A DNA stretch of 63,153 bases, the filler included, from Octopus bimaculoides (taxonomy: Eukaryota): the NCBI RefSeq assembly GCF_001194135.2. It is 6 parts of 5 records of this genome, joined end to end, with 100 filler letters (N's around TTAATTAATTAA, not from the genome) between each part and the next. Parts side by side here need not be neighbours in the genome. Positions count along the whole stretch, not along the records: positions 39,766 to 49,851 come from NC_069005.1; positions 49,952 to 55,503 come from NC_069003.1; positions 55,604 to 59,952 come from NC_068984.1; positions 60,053 to 63,153 come from NC_068983.1; 2 more parts are not named here. One strand, written 5' to 3'. The notes beneath the pieces were generated by a model. The model did no database searches, was not told the DNA's origin, and saw only the letters and a list, made by a program, of their open reading frames with translations. This document shows positions 49,308 to 61,092 of this stretch, in pieces (positions within the stretch are counted from its first letter, which is position 1; every line of letters begins with the position of its first letter). The translations under genes were made by a program, and so were the position numbers.

Positions 49308-49821
49308 AGTAGCATGACTTTCCACGCGAGTTCCACAGTTGCGTGATTGGGCATGTTTATATTGAACCAATGCCAGAACAGGTGCTGGTGGCGCGATTAG
49401 TTAGTGCGGTTGTTAAGAAATATGTATATTAGCATCAGAGGCAGTATTGATGCCGAGAAGTAATATTTATCCCCCACTTAAACGTGGATGTTCTATTAGA
49501 GCAAACTATACTGCAATATAATTAAAATATATTCCACGTAGCTCAGACCAGCATACAGAACACGTACACACAGAAATAACAGCTGCACCAAGAACTACAT
49601 TGAACTCTAACTCTGTTGCAAGAGATGTACGTCGTCAAAGGTAAATGCAGAACAGCAGCAGTCGTGCTTTGACTGAACCCACATTGACCGTCTCCGCTAT
49701 GACCGCCATCAAAATTTACAGGCGTGCACAATATGCTGACTAAACACATGGCATTCCATACGGTTCAGAAATGCATGTTGGAAAGTGCAGTCGCCTACAG
49801 GAGTACGATAACATATTAGAT

Positions 49822-49851
49822 CAGGAGTTCTCAAACATTTTTTACCCATTG
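49822..49851 (+). mobile_element. Buster-type hAT terminus, truncated by gap
   Basis: CAGGAGTTCTCAAAC preceded by TATTAGAT (nnnTAnnn). Confidence 0.55.
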
Positions 49852-50240
49852 NNNNNNNNNNNNNNNNNNNNNNNNNNNNNNNNNNNNNNNNNNNNTTAAT
49901 TAATTAANNNNNNNNNNNNNNNNNNNNNNNNNNNNNNNNNNNNNNNNNNNNGTGACGTTTCGAGCGGAGCTCTTCGTCGGAAACAAGGAAAGTCCAAAGA
50001 AGGGGAAAACGGAGGAAGAAAAAATCAACACCGATGTCCACGAGGTTACATTGTGGAAGGACCGGAAGAGGAAGTGGTGGAGGAAAAGTTCTTTCTAAGA
50101 CAGGAGAGTGAAAAAGGGGAGGTGAATATGTGTGTGCGCGTATGTATGTGTGTATGTGTGTGTGCGTATGTATGTGTGTATGTGTGTGTGTGTGTGTGTG
50201 AGTGTGCGTGGTTTGGTTGTTTATCTGTTAGTGTGTATGT

Positions 50241-50275
<35 letters not shown>

Positions 50276-50489
50276 ACGTAGTGGAAGGAATTAGTAGCAG
50301 GAATAGTTAGGTGGTGCTTGTGGACAACGGTCAGTGGAAGGTAAGCAGGCAGTGTTTGAGTATGTGTGTGAGTGTGTGTTTGTATTGTGTGGGTGTGATT
50401 TCCTCGCAGTGTGTGCCTGTATTTTTTGTGTACGTGTGTGTATGTGTATATATATGTGTGTGTACGGGTGTGTGTATATGCGTGCGACA

Positions 50490-50523
<34 letters not shown>

Positions 50524-50987
50524 NNNNNNNNNNNNNNNNNNNNNNNNNNNNNNNNNNNNNNNNNNNNNNNNNNNNNNNNNNNNNNNNNNNNNNNNNNNNN
50601 NNNNNNNNNNNNNNNNNNNNNNNNNNNNNNNNNNNNNNNNNNNNNNNNNNNNNNNNNNNNNNNNNNNNNNNNNNNNNNNNNNNNNNNNNNNNNNNNNNNN
50701 NNNNNNNNNNNNNNNNNNNNNNNNNNNNNNNNNNNNNNNNNNNNNNNNNNNNNNNNNNNNNNNNNNNNNNNNNNNNNNNNNNNNNNNNNNNNNNNNNNNN
50801 NNNNNNNNNNNNNNNNNNNNNNNNNNNNNNNNNNNNNNNNNNNNNNNNNNNNNNNNNNNNNAGCGAATACATCCGTCCCTCCGTCCGTCCGCCCATCCGT
50901 CTATCAATCCATCCACCTATCCATATCTTCTGCCCCCTGTTCCTGAGATGGCCGTGGGGGTAGAGTCTTCAGGCATTTCTTCCATAG

Positions 50988-51195
50988 TGAAGGCGCGTAG
51001 CTTAGTGGTTAAGGTGTTGGGCTCATGATCGTAAGATTATGGTTTCGATTCCTGGACCAGGCGTCGCGTTGTGTTCTTGAGTAAAATACTTCATTTCACG
51101 TTGCTCCAGTCTACTCAGCTGACAAAAATGAGTAATCTTGCGATGGACTGGCGTCCCGTCCAGGTGGAGAATATATACGCCATGGAAACCTCTAA
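50988..51195 (+). mobile_element. SINE family D
   Basis: A-box TAGCTTAGTGG, B-box GGTTTCGATTCC, ACTCAGCTGAC...GCGATGGACTGGCGTCCCGTCCAGG. Confidence 0.85.
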
Positions 51196-51587
51196 CTTTT
51201 TCCATAATGAAACCATATTTATGAAAAAGATGCGCAACATATTTCCAAGGCACTTAAAAATGCCAACTTATGTGGGCGACCTATCCCTGACGTCCGCCAA
51301 AAGAAAAAATATCAAAATAAATTCGAAGTTCCAATTAAACACCAATAATGAACGCCTTTCAAAACTTCAGATGATACACTGTGCTCTGTCAGCACTATCA
51401 GGGCTGACCTGGGGCTAAATGAGTGGTAAAGTCACATCCCAGACCATCTTGTCTGTGTGTACGCTCGCGTGTTCGTTCGTGCGAGACTGTCACTGTATGA
51501 CACACACGAGATTTGTGTAACGCCGTAACAGCGCCGCCGCTACAGATAACAACGCGAAGCAGAAACCGTAACGATATCAAATATAAT

Positions 51588-51792
51588 CCTTTCTATTATA
51601 GGTGCAAGGCCTAAAATTGTGGGGGGATGGGGATTAGTCGATTACATCGACCCTAGTATCTCACTGGTACTTATTTTAGCGACTGCTAATGCACGAAAGG
51701 CAAAGTCGACTACGGCAGAATTTGAACTCAGAACGAAATGCCGCTAAGTATTTTGCTTGGCGTGCTAATGATTCTGCCAGCTCGCCGCCTTC
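51588..51792 (-). mobile_element. SINE family A with an 18-bp target site duplication
   Basis: AACGATATCAAATATAAT at 51570-51587 and 51793-51810. Confidence 0.92.
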
Positions 51793-51949
51793 AACGATAT
51801 CAAATATAATTCTGGGAAGCGCAAAAGCAAAATGTAAATAGCTAAGCAGGGGAGGCTACTAATGGCTAAGTCTGTAAGAGTTCATTCCCGCGACAAATGT
51901 CAAATACTCCCACGCGCGCATACGCTTAGATCAACACATACAAGCAAGG

Positions 51950-53245
51950 TTAGGAATTTCGGTATGTGTTAAGTCAGTTACATCGATCCCAGTGATCAAT
52001 TGGTATTTGTTTTATCGATCCCCCAAAGCATGAAAAGCAAAGACAATCTCGGTGGAATTTGAACTCAGATGGGACTTAGATCGGAATTTGAACTCAGAAC
52101 GTAAAGACGACCTTGGCGGAATTTGAACTTAAATCGAATAAGGCGGTGAGCTGGCAGAAACGTTAGCACGCCGGGCGAAACGCTTAGCGGTATTTCGTCT
52201 CCCGTTACGTTCTGAGTTCAAAATTCCGCCGAGGTCGACTTTGCCTTTCATCCTTTTGCGATCGATGAATTAGGTTACGCACCGGGGTCGATGTAATCGA
52301 CTTAATCCGTTTGTCTGTCCTTGTTTGTCCCCTGTATGTTTAGCCCCTTGTGGGCAATAAAGACATATGAACTTCAATCGAACTTAGGTCAGAATTTGTG
52401 CTTAAATGAATTTATATGAACTTAGATCGGAATTTGAACTCAGAACGTAAAGACGGACGGAATGTCGCTAAGCATTTTGCCTGGCATGCTAACAATTCTG
52501 CTAGTTCGCCGCCTTAAGCCTAACTTTTATGTTGGTTTCACATTTTGGCACAAGGCCAGTAATTTCGTGAAAGGGATTTAATCAGTTAGCACGCCAGTCA
52601 AAATGCTCAGCGGCTTTTCGTCCGTCTGAGTTCAAATTCCGGCGCGGTAGACTTTGCCTTTCATGCTTTCGGGGTCGATAAAACAAGTACCAGTTGACTG
52701 ACCTCGCGAAGATTTTGAACTCAGAATGTAAACACGGACGAAATACAGATAAGCATTTGGTCCGGCGTGCTAACGATTCTGCCAGCTCGCTGCCTTACGT
52801 ATAACCTTTATATCCTTTTCTCCTCTAGGGTAAGGCCTGAAATTTTTGGGGAGGGGGCCAGTTTATGAAATCGACCCCAGTTCGCAACTAGTATTTAATT
52901 TATCGACCACGAAAGGACGAAAGGCAAAGTCGACCTCAGCGGAATTTGAACTCAGAACGTAACGGCAGACGAAATACCGCTAAGCATTTCGCCCGGTGTG
53001 CTAACGTTTCTTATTTCTTTACTGCCCACAAGGGGCTAAACATAGAGGGGACACACAAGGACAGACAAAGGGATTAAGTCGATTACATCAACCCAGTGCA
53101 TAACTGGTATTTAATTTATCGACCCCGAAAGGACGAAAGACAAAGTCGACCTCGGCGGAATTTGAACTCAGAACGTAACGGCAGACGAAATACCGCAAAG
53201 CATTTCGCCCGGTGTGCTAACGTTTCTGCCAGATCACCGCCTTCT
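51950..53245. mobile_element. Nest of about 7 further SINE family A copies and fragments in both orientations
   Basis: GGAATTTGAACTCAGA or its complement recurs at about 52053, 52083, 52120, 52210, 52430, 52628, 52715, 52942 and 53157. Confidence 0.9.
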
Positions 53246-53324
53246 GCCTAACGCATAACTTTTATATTAACTGACATCAGTCGTTTAAATTGCACGTTGT
53301 TAAAGTAATCTTTTATCTCTTACT

Positions 53325-53490
53325 TTTCACTTGTCTCAATCATTGGACTGCGACCATCAAACCAAATTCCGTCAAACCAAATTCACTCACAAAGCATTGG
53401 TCAGTATGAGGCTGTAGGAGAAAACTCTTACCCAAGGTGCAGCGCAGCTGGACTGAACCTGAATCCTTGTGGTTGCAAAGCAAGTTTCTT
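53325..53490 (-). mobile_element. SINE family B fragment
   Basis: AAATTCACTCACAAAGCATTGGTCAG...CCCAAGGTGCAGCGCAGCTGGACTGAACC. Confidence 0.7.
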
Positions 53491-53959
53491 AACGACCAGT
53501 TCTTCTTTACTGCAGAAAAATAATGGGTCTCAACCAGAAGTAGTGCACCAGTATTGAGTTCTTGACGAAGCAGGGTTGCAGGATGTTCGACTGCCACTGT
53601 GAACCACATTTTAATTACGGAAATGACACCACTGTCAAGAGCAATACATGCAGATAGGCAAAGAAGCTTAATCCTATAAGATTTAAGCTAACCATATCTG
53701 ATCTTAATATTCTACATGTTGTATGTTCAAACTGGCCATACTGAGTCTTTCTCAATTGCCATCTACTATCTTTCTAAAAATAAGCAATTACATCATTAAG
53801 ATCTTGAAGCTACGAGATAAGGCATGATTAATTCAATAAGATTTGAATAAATAAGCATTAAGTTTGACAGGATAATCTGAATGCTAAAGGGTTAAAGAAG
53901 GGAAAACCAACGATGGGAGGGAGATATACTAAGCACTGGTAGGGGGGGGGACCATCGAA

Positions 53960-54670
53960 TGCGACAACTGACACGAATCGCCAGCCAGTGGACGAACTGT
54001 TTTACCTGAGCAAACGAATCACAATCTGTGAGCAAATTGTACAACTGAACTGTGGTTACAATGCTCTACAAAAACTTGTAGAAGTCTTTGAGCATCAGAA
54101 AGTGTGTGCAAAGTGTTTACAAGGTGAGTACCTTGACAGTTGAAACCCGATTTGTAAGACGAAATGGTGGGAATGAGCTCAGATCCGCTGGAAATGTTTG
54201 AAGCCAATGAAGACACGTCTTTTTCTTTTGCGACCTGAAGATAGGGGATCGAATATAGCTGTATCTTTACAATCTAATAAGGAAGGATTAGTCCATGGAA
54301 TGGTGTCGCACATCTTCATAAAAGTTTAAGTAATTCAAGAGCCAACGATCAGCAAGGGAACTTATGGTGACTGTATTTTGTTATGGCAACGGTGTTAGTC
54401 TCCTTGATTTTCTGTGATGTAACTGTTCTGTGAACAGCGAGCGGTACACTGAGGCACTAAAAAACAAAAAGGCTTAGAGAAATTATTAGGAGGATGAGAC
54501 CGGACAAGAAGCTGAAAACTCTCCACATTCATTAAGACAATGTGCGATCTCACGTATTTTTGGCAGCAAATCATGCAATCGGCAGATTGATCTCGTCAGT
54601 GGTGCCCCATCCACTGTACAGCCTGGATCTGGTACCCTCCAGCTTCCACGAATTTACATGCCACCTTGTG
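53960..54670 (+). mobile_element. Mariner transposase relic
   Basis: VDELFYLSKRITI...HQKVCAK, a QRSAxKLMVTVF...LLDFL-like stretch, DNVRSH (HDNARPH-like), PHPLYSLDLVPSSFH (YSPDLAPSD motif). Confidence 0.8.
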
Positions 54671-54704
54671 GTGAGTTGTCAATAAAATGATCACTAGTCA
54701 TCGA

Positions 54705-54830
54705 GAAGGTGCGTGGCCTAGTGGTAGGAGTGTTGCACCCATGATCTGGCGATCGTGGATCCAATTCCCGAACCGGCGCGGGGTACATGTGGTGTTCTTC
54801 AGTAAAACACTCCATTTCACGTTGCTCTAA
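54705..54830 (+). mobile_element. SINE family D head
   Basis: GTGGCCTAGTGG A-box, degenerate B-box, GTGTTCTTCAGTAAAACACTCCATTTCACGTTGCTC. Confidence 0.65.
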
Positions 54831-56699
54831 TGTTGTGTGTGGACCAGTATGTCAAAGAATAGACCCATCGTTTCTTCTTTGTGTTATAAAAGGCAATTAA
54901 GGATGACTGATGACTCGCGTGGGGATCGTGTTTAAAGTGAAGAAGAATGGTGCACTGTCGACCTCACTCTCTAGCCTATGACCATCTTCAGTCCAGTGGC
55001 AAGCACAGGTCAAGACGGACGCAGTGGATGACCAAGATGTCTTACTTGCCTCATTTTGCTCTCAGTACTCTACAATTCTCCTTTGAACTATGAATCTGGC
55101 GAATCCAGTTTTCGCATGCATAGTTAGGCAAGTCCCAATATGCTAATGGATCAATAGCTGGGACTCTGACAGTGAGTGTCAGCAGCGCTATGGCGGTCGG
55201 GGGACTTCAAGTCCCGGTAGGGTCACCCAAGGTGGACAGGTCAGACACTGGCGATACTAGAACTGCAACCCCGGCTAATTGGAAGGCAACGGTGAATTCC
55301 AGGCGGCGTCCGTTCCGGAATCCGTCGGCTCCCTGTGGAAAATGGAGCAACAGAAAATGGCGAAATATTGATCAACTACAATTCACTTACATCAATAATT
55401 ACTTTTTAATTCAGTCTATTTGTATGAAAAAGTAGTAACTGATGCTAGTCAATTGTTGTTGACCAATATTTCTCCATTTTCTGTTTTCTTTACATATATA
55501 TATNNNNNNNNNNNNNNNNNNNNNNNNNNNNNNNNNNNNNNNNNNNNTTAATTAATTAANNNNNNNNNNNNNNNNNNNNNNNNNNNNNNNNNNNNNNNNN
55601 NNNATATATATATATGTATATATGTATATATTCATACGTACGTACGTATGTATTTATGTGTGCATATATGTATTTATGTGTGTGTGTGAATTAGGCAAGA
55701 CAAAAAGAACACTGGAACAAGTTTTAACAAATGTGTTAGTTTAACACTTAAAAAGAAGGGAAAGGGTGTTGATGTTTTGGGCGCTAGTCTTTAATCAGAA
55801 AACAATAAATGTTATGAGGAAAGATATTGGAAAAATAAAACCAAAAAACAAAAATAAGAAAAGATGGTTGGAACATAAAAGGTTTAGGGGCTAGGTGGGA
55901 AAGTGGTCCAACGGAGGCAGTGGTGGTGTGATGCGTCCAAAGACTAAACTTTCTGTTTAAGGCCAGAAGATATTCCAGTCCTCAACAGCTGTTGACACTC
56001 TATATTGGCTCGAGTAGGTTGGGGTTGCTACTGGGAACACTAAGATCTTCGATAGCTTACAGAATAGGCCCAGACGGTTATTAACATACCATCATTAAAA
56101 AATTCTACGCTCTACTCCACATGCGTGCCGTCTCCTGTCTTTTCTATCACTATCATAATTAAACACAGCACTCATATCAGGTATAGAACTGCGATTGTGT
56201 ACACTAACATCTTGGGTCGCATCCAAAGATGGTCACTCAGTTGATTAGCATTCCACTACAGAAAAACTCTAACCTACAGCCCACAACCGCACTGTCCCCT
56301 TTCTGTCTTTTCTATCTCTGTTATAAGAGCCTCTGCTTCTTGGAGTTGGCTGGTCTTGTACATTTACCACTCAGGTGACCCTAACCCATCCATCTCATTA
56401 CTAGTCATTGCCCATGCTGCGTTCAACCCTCTCTCCTCTTTCTCTGCACTAACATCTCCCAATCCTTCTTCCCCATGACATCTGATTTCTGGAATCTTCT
56501 CTCTACTCATGTCTTTCCGGTCGGAGTTTTCCTGCAACGGTTTAAACGGAATATTAACGACATTAATATCACCAGTGTCAAGAGGCCACCAAGGGCTATG
56601 GATTTTGACAGGCCCAGCTAATAAAGAAAAGTGGGGACAAAGCTGGATTCTCATGATTGCAAAGGGATTCTCTTAACCATTCGGCTAATATAAGTACAG

Positions 56700-56850
56700 A
56701 TGTGGCGGTGTGTTTGCTTCCTAACCACATGGCTCGGGTTCAGTCCTACCTTGAGCCACCTTAGGAAAGTGTCTTATGCTATAGCCTCGGTCTGAACAAA
56801 GCCTTGTGTGGGAATTTGGTAGACGGATCTGAAAGAAGCCCGTCGTATAT
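56700..56850 (+). mobile_element. SINE family B fragment
   Basis: CTTCCTAACCACATGGCTCGGGTTCAGTCC...CTATAGCCTCGG...GAAAGAAGCCCGTCGTATAT. Confidence 0.75.
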
Positions 56851-57167
56851 ACATACATACATACATACATACATACACATGTATATATTTAGTAGAAAGT
56901 TAGGGAAAAACAGAAGACGAAGACAGGTGTATGAATAACGAGTAAATGTATTAGTTTGACGCTCGGGAAAATGAAAAAAGTATTTTACGTTTCGATCCTA
57001 CGCTCTTCAACAGAAAGGAACAAGAGAAAATAAACAGAGAGAGGATGAAGAAAACCAAATAGACACCCCATAAAACATTGTTTTATGTTTATTCTAACTT
57101 GTAAAGCTTTATATTTTTTTTATTAATTGACATTTTTGTTTCAGATTCTATTTGTGACTGTTTAACC

Positions 57168-57479
57168 ATGCCGTGTACAAAAGAAGCCTTGGAACTTTCT
57201 GAATTTCAAAGAGGCCGTATTGTGGATCTTACTGAAGGTGGTCACAGTCAGCGTAAATTCGCAGAAAACCTTGGGATCTTGCTTTCTGCAGTTAATAGAG
57301 TGATTGTGCAATTCACCAGAGAGGGGAAGGAGTCCCCATTACCTCGCCCAGATCAATCCAGATCTTCTGATAGGACCCTTCTCTTTGCTAAAAGAAGCGT
57401 GGAGGATAATCCTCGTTGCAAGACTTCTGACATAGCTGAAAAAGTTGATGTCAGTCCCAAAACAGCTGCCAGGAACTGA
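57168..57479 (+). mobile_element. Tc1-like transposase N-terminal (paired-like HTH) fragment
   Basis: ELSEFQRGRIVDLTEGGHSQRKFAENLG...PRP...SDRTLLFAKRSVEDNPR; truncated, no catalytic domain. Confidence 0.75.
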
Positions 57480-57947
57480 ACTCAAAACCACGCGGCTTCG
57501 AGCGAGCTTCTTGACCACACAGCCATGTCTATGCCGATGGTGGAAATTTCTTTTGAATAGTTCTTTCTGTTTCGTTGTCAGTAATAATTATTTCATTAGA
57601 CAAATACGTTGTAACAAGTAATTCAATTAATTTGACGAAAGTGTGACAAAAGAGAAATAATGATATTATCAGGTCCATTTCAATAATAGTAAGAAGTTAA
57701 AATATCTCTTTACATAAGTCATGTAAGATTTAGATCAGTGCGTTTTAAACTTCCAAACGAGTGGAAATAATTTTGTATAATCTAAGACGTAAAATGTAAC
57801 TGAGAATATAAGAAATAAGAATTACTTCAAGAGATGAGCACCGAGATAATAGGAGACAAGAAGCAAGAAATTGAAAGACATTGCTAACGAAAACTGTACC
57901 AAATGTAACCGAAACTGGATCGAGTAATCGTTTCGTTGACAACTTAC

Positions 57948-58057
57948 AACTACATTATGTTGCTTGCCACAAGGCAAGAGAAATAATTGCTTCTTCCGCG
58001 TGAATAATGTCTCAGATTTGTAGCGCATGGCTATGTTCAACGTATCGTCCATGCTTT
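57948..58057 (-). CDS. Weak candidate exon downstream of the His-rich exon
   Basis: Acceptor CTGATCTCATAACAG, open phase-1 frame (E)SMDDTLNIAMRYKSETLFTRKKQLFLLPCGKQHNVV, donor GTT|GTAAGT; phase-compatible with 59214. Confidence 0.25.
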
Positions 58058-58309
58058 CTGTTATGAGATCAGTAGTTTTGTAATTGGGAATCTAATAAGG
58101 CTACTTAACTCATTTTACCCAGGGACGTTGTTGTATTTGTCTTTGGATTTTGTACTTGCGTAGTCTCAGGTCGTATCTTGGTATACTTTTCTCAGCAAGC
58201 TAGTTTGTAAAATATCTAAAAATGATGTGGGTACCCCATAGCTTCAGACATTTTACAAACTAGCTTCCTGAGAAAAGTAAAGTATTTTTCGAAGCCGTTG
58301 GATACATAG

Positions 58310-58518
58310 GACAGTAACCCGGTTTCCATGGCGTATAGATGATCGAGATCAAAAAATTCCCCTGGGGCAGGACTCCTGCCCGTCGCAGAGTTACTCATTT
58401 ACAGCTGAGTGGACTGGAGCAGCATGAAACGAAGTGTTTTTGCCCAGGAACATAACGCATCGCCCGTTCTGAGATTCGAAATCATGATCTTGCAATCGTG
58501 AGTACAACACTACAACCA
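58310..58518 (-). mobile_element. SINE family D
   Basis: Reverse complement of the 50988-51195 pattern. Confidence 0.75.
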
Positions 58519-58734
58519 CTAGTGTACGCAAGGTTCCCGAAACGGTAAGGATATCTGGTATCTTCACTGCAGAAAGAATGCCACGAATGACCCGTCCTTT
58601 TTGTCCCCTATACTTCTAATTGTTGTTTCTCCTGTCTGCCTTTGTATCGTCTATCGGTCCGAATGTTTTATTGCATGACAATCGATGTTGGTGTGTTTAT
58701 GTCCCCGTTATCTAGCGCTTCGGCAAAAGTGACC

Positions 58735-58880
58735 AATAGATTTATTTATTTTAATTGACCCCGAAAGGATGAAAGGCAAAGTCGACCTCCGTGGAATTTG
58801 AAATAAGAACGTAAAGACGGTCGAAATAACGCTAAGCCTTTAACCCGGCGCGCAAACGACTCTGCCAGCTCAATGCCTTA
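58735..58880 (-). mobile_element. SINE family A
   Basis: GAAAGGATGAAAGGCAAAGTCGACCTCCGTGGAATTTG. Confidence 0.8.
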
Positions 58881-59213
58881 AATTATAATATATAAATGTG
58901 TTGGAACCACGTACAAAGCATTGTTTCAACACTGCCAGGAATCACTGGAATAAAAACTATAATACATTTGACCCTTTAGCATTCAGATCTCTTTCTCGGA
59001 TGCATTCCTTATTTATTCACTTTGTTTAAAATTAATCACACGTTCTCTTGTAACTTTGAAATTTCAATGGCGTGTTTGTATATTTTGAGAATGACATAAA
59101 AGGGTAGGTATGAGACGTTAGAGCTGGTCAGTTTTTACATAAAACAAATAGAATATTTGTCTGGATATGGCTAGATTAAATGCTAATGGGTTAAAGTTAG
59201 ATGTTGGACTTAC

Positions 59214-59495
59214 CTGGTAAACCGTCAGTGGAAGATGTAATAGGATACTGAGGCGGTTGGATAGCATGCACTGCTGAGAGTGCATGGGCCGGGTAGTGCA
59301 AACTGGAATAAACAGCCGTGGAATACTGCGGTCCAACCGCCACAGCTGCGGCCATAGCAGATGTATGACATGCACATAATGAATGGCAGGAATGGGTATC
59401 TGTACTCTGTTGATGATGATGCTGGTGGTGATGCGGATGATGGGTGGACAAGGAGACGTGGAAAGCCCTGGAACTTGGAGTCACTCGTAGATTTT
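59214..59495 (-). CDS. Internal coding exon of an unidentified His/Ala/Pro-rich (probably regulatory) protein
   Basis: Acceptor T13ACAG|, donor CCAG|GTAAGT, 282 nt (94 codons, symmetric phase 1-1), one credible open frame: NLRVTPSSRAFHVSLSTHHPHHHQHHHQQSTDTHSCHSLCACHTSAMAAAVAVGPQYSTAVYSSLHYPAHALSAVHAIQPPQYPITSSTDGLP; higher GC than its flanks. Confidence 0.85.
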
Positions 59496-59913
59496 CTGTA
59501 AAAAAAAAAAAACGAAATATAATGTAATCAAGATAAGGTAAAATGAAACATAATGTATTTTGATTAAAGATAATTATGTATGAATGACTATATGTCAATG
59601 TAAATATATTAATATATATATGTGTGTGTGTGAGTGAGTGTCTATGTGTGTGTGTGTGTGCGTGCGGGAATATATTTCTCACAGTGGTAGGTCCTAGCTC
59701 GACAGATGTTGTGGATCTACAATGTTGTTGAGTTCGAAGGTCAGGTTTACGATAACTTCTGATTCTGTCACTCTAACAATGAATGAGTGTTCTGTTTATA
59801 TATACAAAATAAAATATGTAGTATACATCAATATTTTCCATGGGTAATATGGTTATGAAATACACGCACACACACACGCATATACACACATATATATTCA
59901 TACATATATATAC

Positions 59914-59952
<39 letters not shown>

Positions 59953-60374
59953 NNNNNNNNNNNNNNNNNNNNNNNNNNNNNNNNNNNNNNNNNNNNTTAA
60001 TTAATTAANNNNNNNNNNNNNNNNNNNNNNNNNNNNNNNNNNNNNNNNNNNNAAGATCCAACCTCAGATTTATCATCGCATTGTCTCTCTACTACCTCTG
60101 TCAAATGAATCACCAAAATTGGCCTTTCATTATTTATAATCTGTACCTGTTTGTGTGGTTATGAAATAAAATACACAAAACGTGTTTCTGAATTACGTGT
60201 ATTTACTTTATATACATATGAGTTGAAAACTTTCTTCTAGCATTCCACTTAATGTCTATGTTCCATGCTGGCATGGATTGGAGAGTTATTAATGTAGAAA
60301 TATGGTATCGTAGCTACTAACAGTTGAGGGTTGCGTAGTCTAGACGGCGTTTTTAGATTTCATTATTCTCTTTA

Positions 60375-60403
60375 ACCCAGGCAACGCCGGGTATTTCTGC
60401 TAG
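60375..60403 (+). mobile_element. Helitron 3' terminus
   Basis: Hairpin ACCCAGGCAACGCCGGGT followed by ATTTCTG-CTAG|T; 5' end not found. Confidence 0.6.
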
Positions 60404-61092
60404 TATATAATAAATGTATTTACATGGGTGTGTTAGTGTTTCCTTGTCCTGACATTGTGTGATAGTTATAAACAGGTATCAATGTCATACAAGTGGTTCA
60501 CTTCATTCTCAATTTTCTGTGAAAATATGCCTGGCCATGGAGAATTATTACTTTACTTGGGAACAATTGAGGGTTCTCTACTACTTTTAATCATTTGCAA
60601 TCTTCCTATAAGGAGGGAGCTGGTTTCTAACAAAGATACAAAGCTCCGTCATTGGAATGTAGATAACAGTTTAAGATTTCATAAAAAGCTTGCATATTTC
60701 TACTGTCCCACTTACAGATTGTATTTGTAATGTATCTGTTAGCTGGTTGATTTCTTTTTCTGAAAATCCTTATCTAGATTATCACTTCTTTATTTACAAA
60801 ACCAAGTGTACAAACTATTATTGGTATAAATGTGAATTTATAATTTGGATATAGAAGTTGGAAATTTCAAAGCACTTGTCTGCATTTATCTTCTTTGTCT
60901 TTAATTTTTTAAAAGATATTCCATCAACCCATGACAGCTGACCTCTATGATGGTACATACATTTCTTCTATCTGCCAAACAACAATATCAGGGCCTTGCA
61001 GTATGATGCCTTGTAGTATGATGCCTTGTAGTATGATGCCTTATAGTATTTAATCTAGCTCTTTGTATTCTGTGTTCAAATCCTGCCATTAC

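Noticed and set aside
54110-54130. Strong plus-strand donor AAG|GTGAGT
   Set aside because: It lies inside the mariner transposase relic.
55960-56660. Possible LINE fragments or host exon (ORF 56364..56654)
   Set aside because: Only faint CR1-like similarity; too degraded to call and no splice-bounded frame.
59682-59775. Open 90-nt minus-strand exon candidate SDRIRSYRKPDLRTQQHCRSTTSVELGPTT
   Set aside because: Phase 0-0 is incompatible with the phase-1 His-rich exon 190 bp downstream, and the donor is weak.
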